Origin: an uncultured Actinomycetes bacterium
GTDB taxonomy: Bacteria; Actinomycetota; UBA4738; HRBIN12
DNA: 64,000 bases
Assembly (NCBI GenBank): GCA_963704725.1
Contig: OY969934.1
Span: 2,912,001 to 2,976,000 of the forward strand
Direction of reading: 5' to 3'
Each line of letters starts with the position of its first letter. The first letter of the stretch is position 1. The notes under the pieces are model-generated. The model saw only the letters and a program-made list of their open reading frames with translations, did no database searches and was not told where the DNA came from. Shown here in pieces: positions 60,389-64,000 of the stretch. A program made the translations under genes and the position numbers.

Positions 60389-61954
60389 ATGGCCGAGGAC
60401 AGGATTCCAGAGACGGCGAAGCGGCGGAGCTCGAGGCACGCTCTCAGGTGGGTCGCCGCCGGAGGCGTCTGGCTGGTGTCGCTGGCGTATCTGGCCGCCC
60501 CCGCCCGTGCGGCGACGTGCGACACGTCGGCCGGCGGGAGCCAGCTCAACGTCGTCCTCGCGAGCGGGAACTCGGTCAGCGTCCGGATCGGCACGGGCGA
60601 CACGATCCGCGTGAACGGGGGCGGGCTGACCGCCAGCGACTGCGGCGGGAACACCTCGGCCGCCGTCGATGCGATCCACGTCACCGGCGCCGGCGGCGCC
60701 GAGACGTTCACCATCGACGAGACGGGTCCGGGCGGCGCGTTCGACGCCGACGACGACTTCACCATCGACCTCGGCGGCGGGGACGACTCACTGGTCGTCA
60801 CGGGTCGAAGCGGGGTCGACACGATCACGTTCACCCCGTTCGTCGTCGACGGGGCCGACGTCACCCAGACCGGCATCGAGAGCTTCCTCGTGAACGCGAA
60901 CGCCGGAGACGACTCGGTGAGCGGCGGCTCGTTCGGAGGCCGCCTCACGCTCCACGGTGGCAACGGGGTCGACACCCTCACGGGCGGCAACGGGAACGAC
61001 TCGATCGGCGGCGGGGGGGACGCGAGCAGCGACACCATGAACGGGGGCGCGGGGACCGATTCACTGACCTACGCCGGACTGACGAGCGGCGTCACCGTCA
61101 GCCTCGCCGTCACCGGCCCTCAGGCCACCGGCCCGGCGGGGGTCGACACCATCTCGGGGTTCGAGAACCTCACCGGCGGGACGGGGAGCGACACGCTGAC
61201 CGGGACCTCCGGCGAGAACTCGTTGTTCGGCGGCGAGGGGAACGACACGCTGTCGGGCGGGGCGGGCAACGACGTCATCAGCGGAGGGGCGGGTATCGAC
61301 ACCGTGACCTACGCCGGCAGCCCGGCCGGCGTCACGGTCGACCTCAACGTGACGACGCCCCAGAGCACCGGAGGCGCCGGCACCGACACGATCTCGGGGA
61401 TCGAGAACGCCACGGGCGGCAGTGGGAACGACACCCTGCTGGGCACCACCGGGATCAACGTCCTCGACGGCGGCGATGGGAACGACAAGCTCCGGGGCGG
61501 CGACAACAACGACACCCTCATCGGGGGCGCCGGCAGCGACCGGGCCGACTACGCGACGGCCTCGACGGGCGTGACCGTGAACCTCGCCAACGGCACCGCC
61601 ACCGGCCAGGGATCGGACTCGCTGACCGGGATCGAGGAGGTCGGCGGGTCCGCCTTCGACGACGTGATCACGGGTGGGGACGGCAGGAACGTGATCGCCG
61701 CGGGCGGGGGCCTGGATCGGGTCTCCGGCGGCGACGGGAACGACGCACTCAGGACCGGCGACGGGAACGACCAAGCCGCCGGCGGGTCGGGCAAGGACCG
61801 GATCATCGGTGGGTCGGGAAACGACTCGCTCCGGGGCGGCTCCGGGAACGACCGCCTGAACGGCGGGTCCGGCGGTGACACCTTGAGGGGCGGCGCCGGC
61901 CGCGACGTCTGCAACGGCGGCCCGGGACGCGACCACGAGCGGGGGTGCGAGTAG
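60389..61954 (+). CDS. Secreted hemolysin-type (RTX) calcium-binding repeat protein
   Basis: Signal peptide ending APARA; many GGxGxDxL nonapeptides and GVTVxL/IEN..GG linkers. Confidence 0.9.
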   Translation: MAEDRIPETAKRRSSRHALRWVAAGGVWLVSLAYLAAPARAATCDTSAGGSQLNVVLASGNSVSVRIGTGDTIRVNGGGLTASDCGGNTSAAVDAIHVTGAGGAETFTIDETGPGGAFDADDDFTIDLGGGDDSLVVTGRSGVDTITFTPFVVDGADVTQTGIESFLVNANAGDDSVSGGSFGGRLTLHGGNGVDTLTGGNGNDSIGGGGDASSDTMNGGAGTDSLTYAGLTSGVTVSLAVTGPQATGPAGVDTISGFENLTGGTGSDTLTGTSGENSLFGGEGNDTLSGGAGNDVISGGAGIDTVTYAGSPAGVTVDLNVTTPQSTGGAGTDTISGIENATGGSGNDTLLGTTGINVLDGGDGNDKLRGGDNNDTLIGGAGSDRADYATASTGVTVNLANGTATGQGSDSLTGIEEVGGSAFDDVITGGDGRNVIAAGGGLDRVSGGDGNDALRTGDGNDQAAGGSGKDRIIGGSGNDSLRGGSGNDRLNGGSGGDTLRGGAGRDVCNGGPGRDHERGCE

Positions 61955-61990
61955 GCTCCTCCGCACGGTGGCGCTTGCGGTGGATGGAGC

Positions 61991-63529
61991 ATGATTGCCG
62001 GTCTGAACGTCCCGTCGAACCTCGGCGTCGGTACGTGGATCGAACGTCGGGCCAGGATCGCTCCGGACGCCGTTGCGCTCATCGGCAGCGAGCGATCGTT
62101 CACGTATCGGGAGCTCGCCGCACGGATCCGGCGACTCGCGAACGGCCTCCGGCAGCTCGGGGTGGCACGCGGCGACCGCGTCGCGTGGATCGGCCCCAAT
62201 CACCCGGCGGCTCTGGAGGCCCTGTTCGCCGCCGCGTCGATCGGGGCCGCGCTCGCTCCCGTCAACCACCGCTTGGGGGGAGGTGAGCTGGCCGCCGTCC
62301 TCGAAGATGCCGATCCGACCGTGCTGATCCGACGGGGCCCCGTCGATCCCACCGCCATCCCCGGGTCCGTCAAGCACCAACTCGACGTCGATGGGGAGAT
62401 CAACGGCGCGATCGTGTTGGAGGCGCTCGTCGCCGAGTCCCCGGACGATCCGATCGACATCGAGATCGGGATGGAGGAGCTCTGCCTCCTCGCTCACACC
62501 TCGGGCACGATCGGGCCATCGAAAGGGATCGTGCTCACTCACGCGAACGTCACGTGGAACGTCGTCAACTTCCTGACGTGCGCGGACTTCCGAAGCACGG
62601 ACGTGACGGTCGCGATCGCGCCGTTCTTCCGAGTGGGTGGCACGGGCGTGAACGTCCTTCCCCTCCTCTTCGTCGGCGGAACGGTGGTGGTCTCCGACCT
62701 CGTGAACCCGGACGACGTCCTTCGATCGATCCAGACGCATCGCGTGAGCATCGGGTTCGGCAACCCGGACAGCCTGGACGCACTCGTCCGCGCCGCCGCG
62801 TGGCCGGAGGCCGACCTCTCGAGCGTCCGCTTCATGCTCACGGGTGGCGCACCCGTGCCCGAGCGGCTCATCCGCGCCTTCCTCGCGCGAGGCGTGACGC
62901 TGCTGCAGGGGTACGGGCTGTCGGAGGCGGCTCCCCTCGTGCTCCTGCTGGATCCGGAGAGCGCCCTCACGAAGATCGGCGCGGCCGGACGGCCTCCGCT
63001 GTTCGTCGACGTCCGGATCGTGGATGCGGACGGCCGCTCCGTGCCGACCGGCCGGACGGGGGAACTGCTCGTGCGGGGCCCGAACGTCATGGCCGGGTAC
63101 TGGAGGCGGCCGGATGACACCCGCGACGCGCTGTCGGCCGATGGATGGCTGAGGACCGGAGACGCGGCGCGAAGCGACGACGATGGCGACATCTGGATCG
63201 TCGATCGGATCGCGGACCGATTCCTCTCGGACGGGCGGACCGTCTATCCGGGAGACGTCGAGCGGGTGTTGCTGAGGCATCCCTCGATCGCGGACGTCGG
63301 CGTGGTGGACGTTCCCTCGGATGTCGGCAGCGTGGCGATCGCGGTCGTCGTGCCGGCGCCGGGCTCGAGAGCGACGGAGGAGGAGATCCTGGCGTTCGGC
63401 CGAGGGAACCTCGCTCCCCACCAGGTCCCCGCGTCCGTCGCGTTCGTCGACGAGCTCCCGCGGAGCCAGGTGGGCAAGCTGCTCAGGGGGCAGCTCCGCG
63501 CACTCGTGCCTCCCCTGTCCGCCGGGTAG
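61991..63529 (+). CDS. Acyl-CoA synthetase / AMP-binding enzyme with divergent motifs
   Basis: TSGTIGPSKG, TGGAP, QGYGLSE, GELLVRGPNVMAGYW, GWLRTGD, LPRSQVGK. Confidence 0.88.
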   Translation: MIAGLNVPSNLGVGTWIERRARIAPDAVALIGSERSFTYRELAARIRRLANGLRQLGVARGDRVAWIGPNHPAALEALFAAASIGAALAPVNHRLGGGELAAVLEDADPTVLIRRGPVDPTAIPGSVKHQLDVDGEINGAIVLEALVAESPDDPIDIEIGMEELCLLAHTSGTIGPSKGIVLTHANVTWNVVNFLTCADFRSTDVTVAIAPFFRVGGTGVNVLPLLFVGGTVVVSDLVNPDDVLRSIQTHRVSIGFGNPDSLDALVRAAAWPEADLSSVRFMLTGGAPVPERLIRAFLARGVTLLQGYGLSEAAPLVLLLDPESALTKIGAAGRPPLFVDVRIVDADGRSVPTGRTGELLVRGPNVMAGYWRRPDDTRDALSADGWLRTGDAARSDDDGDIWIVDRIADRFLSDGRTVYPGDVERVLLRHPSIADVGVVDVPSDVGSVAIAVVVPAPGSRATEEEILAFGRGNLAPHQVPASVAFVDELPRSQVGKLLRGQLRALVPPLSAG

Positions 63530-63554
63530 CCGATCTCTCGCCGTTGAAGCGTCG

Positions 63555-63627
63555 AGCCGGAGCGGGGACTCGAACCCCGGACCCCCTCCTTACCATGGAG
63601 GTGCTCTGCCGACTGAGCTACTCCGGC
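63555..63627 (-). tRNA. tRNA-Thr (GGT)
   Basis: GCCGGAG/CTCCGGC acceptor, CCTCC-ATGGTAA-GGAGG arm, GGTTCGAGTCC; TATCAT -10 at 63637. Confidence 0.96.
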
Positions 63628-63674
63628 CGGGCGGCCATGATACCGACCGCCCAGCGGCGTGGGACGATGATTCG

Positions 63675-64000
63675 ATGCGCCGGGTGCTCGCCGTCCTGCT
63701 CGTCACGCTGGCCTCGTGCTCGTCCGGCGGTGGGACCACGGGCGGTGGGGCGACCGACGAGCTCGTGATCGACACCGGGTCGGAGCGGGTCTCGATCCGC
63801 GTCGAGGTGGCCGACGACGAGGCCGAACGCGAGACCGGGCTGATGGGCCGGGAGTCCCTCCCCGAGGACGCCGGGATGGCCTTCCTGTGGTCGGATCCCG
63901 TCCGGGTCTCCTTCTGGATGAAGGACACGCTGATCCCGCTGTCGATCGCGTTCTGGGACGCCGACGGGAGCATCATCTCGATCCTCGACATGGCCCCGTG
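63675..64000 (+). CDS. DUF192-family lipoprotein (runs off window end)
   Basis: Manual translation MRRVLAVLLVTLASC...VEVADDEAERETGLMGR...GMAF...FWMKDTLIPLSIAF. Confidence 0.88.
   Translation, partial: MRRVLAVLLVTLASCSSGGGTTGGGATDELVIDTGSERVSIRVEVADDEAERETGLMGRESLPEDAGMAFLWSDPVRVSFWMKDTLIPLSIAFWDADGSIISILDMAP

Noticed and set aside
55863-63554. tRNA-anchored prophage or integrative element
   Set aside because: No integrase, phage genes or duplicated tRNA 3' end seen.

Overview
A high-GC Actinomycetota chromosome segment (RpoC carries the actinobacterial beta-prime coiled-coil insertion; the rpmG-hadAB-tRNA-Trp-secE-nusG order is actinobacterial). The minus strand carries the core transcription/translation supercluster: tRNA-Thr, tRNA-Met, tuf, rpmG, hadAB-like genes, tRNA-Trp, secE, nusG, rplKA, rplJL, rpoBC, rpsLG, fusA, a second tuf, the S10 operon and the start of the spc operon. 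Accessory inserts break it at six junctions. (1) ~18 kb between rpoC and rpsL: a partly decayed GDP-fucose/glycosyltransferase/flippase island plus secreted hydrolases. (2) An XRE regulator between rplL and rpoB. (3) ~8.7 kb between rplA and rplJ: a giant collagen-like gene (~450 Gly-X-Y triplets, one 4-nt frameshift), a TPR membrane protein, a GT-C/YfhO-like membrane protein and a nucleotide-sugar epimerase. This is the best candidate for an undescribed system (a glycosylated collagen surface fibre). (4) A 624-aa helical protein after tRNA-Trp. (5) An orphan response regulator. (6) ~7.7 kb of secreted proteins between tRNA-Thr and tRNA-Met. The core proteins are also unusual: long acidic low-complexity extensions on L29, S3, L10 and NusG, two near-identical tuf genes, and substitutions at known antibiotic sites (S12 K88R, EF-Tu G257D, L11 Pro->Thr). 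All calls are from reading motifs by eye; no searches were run.
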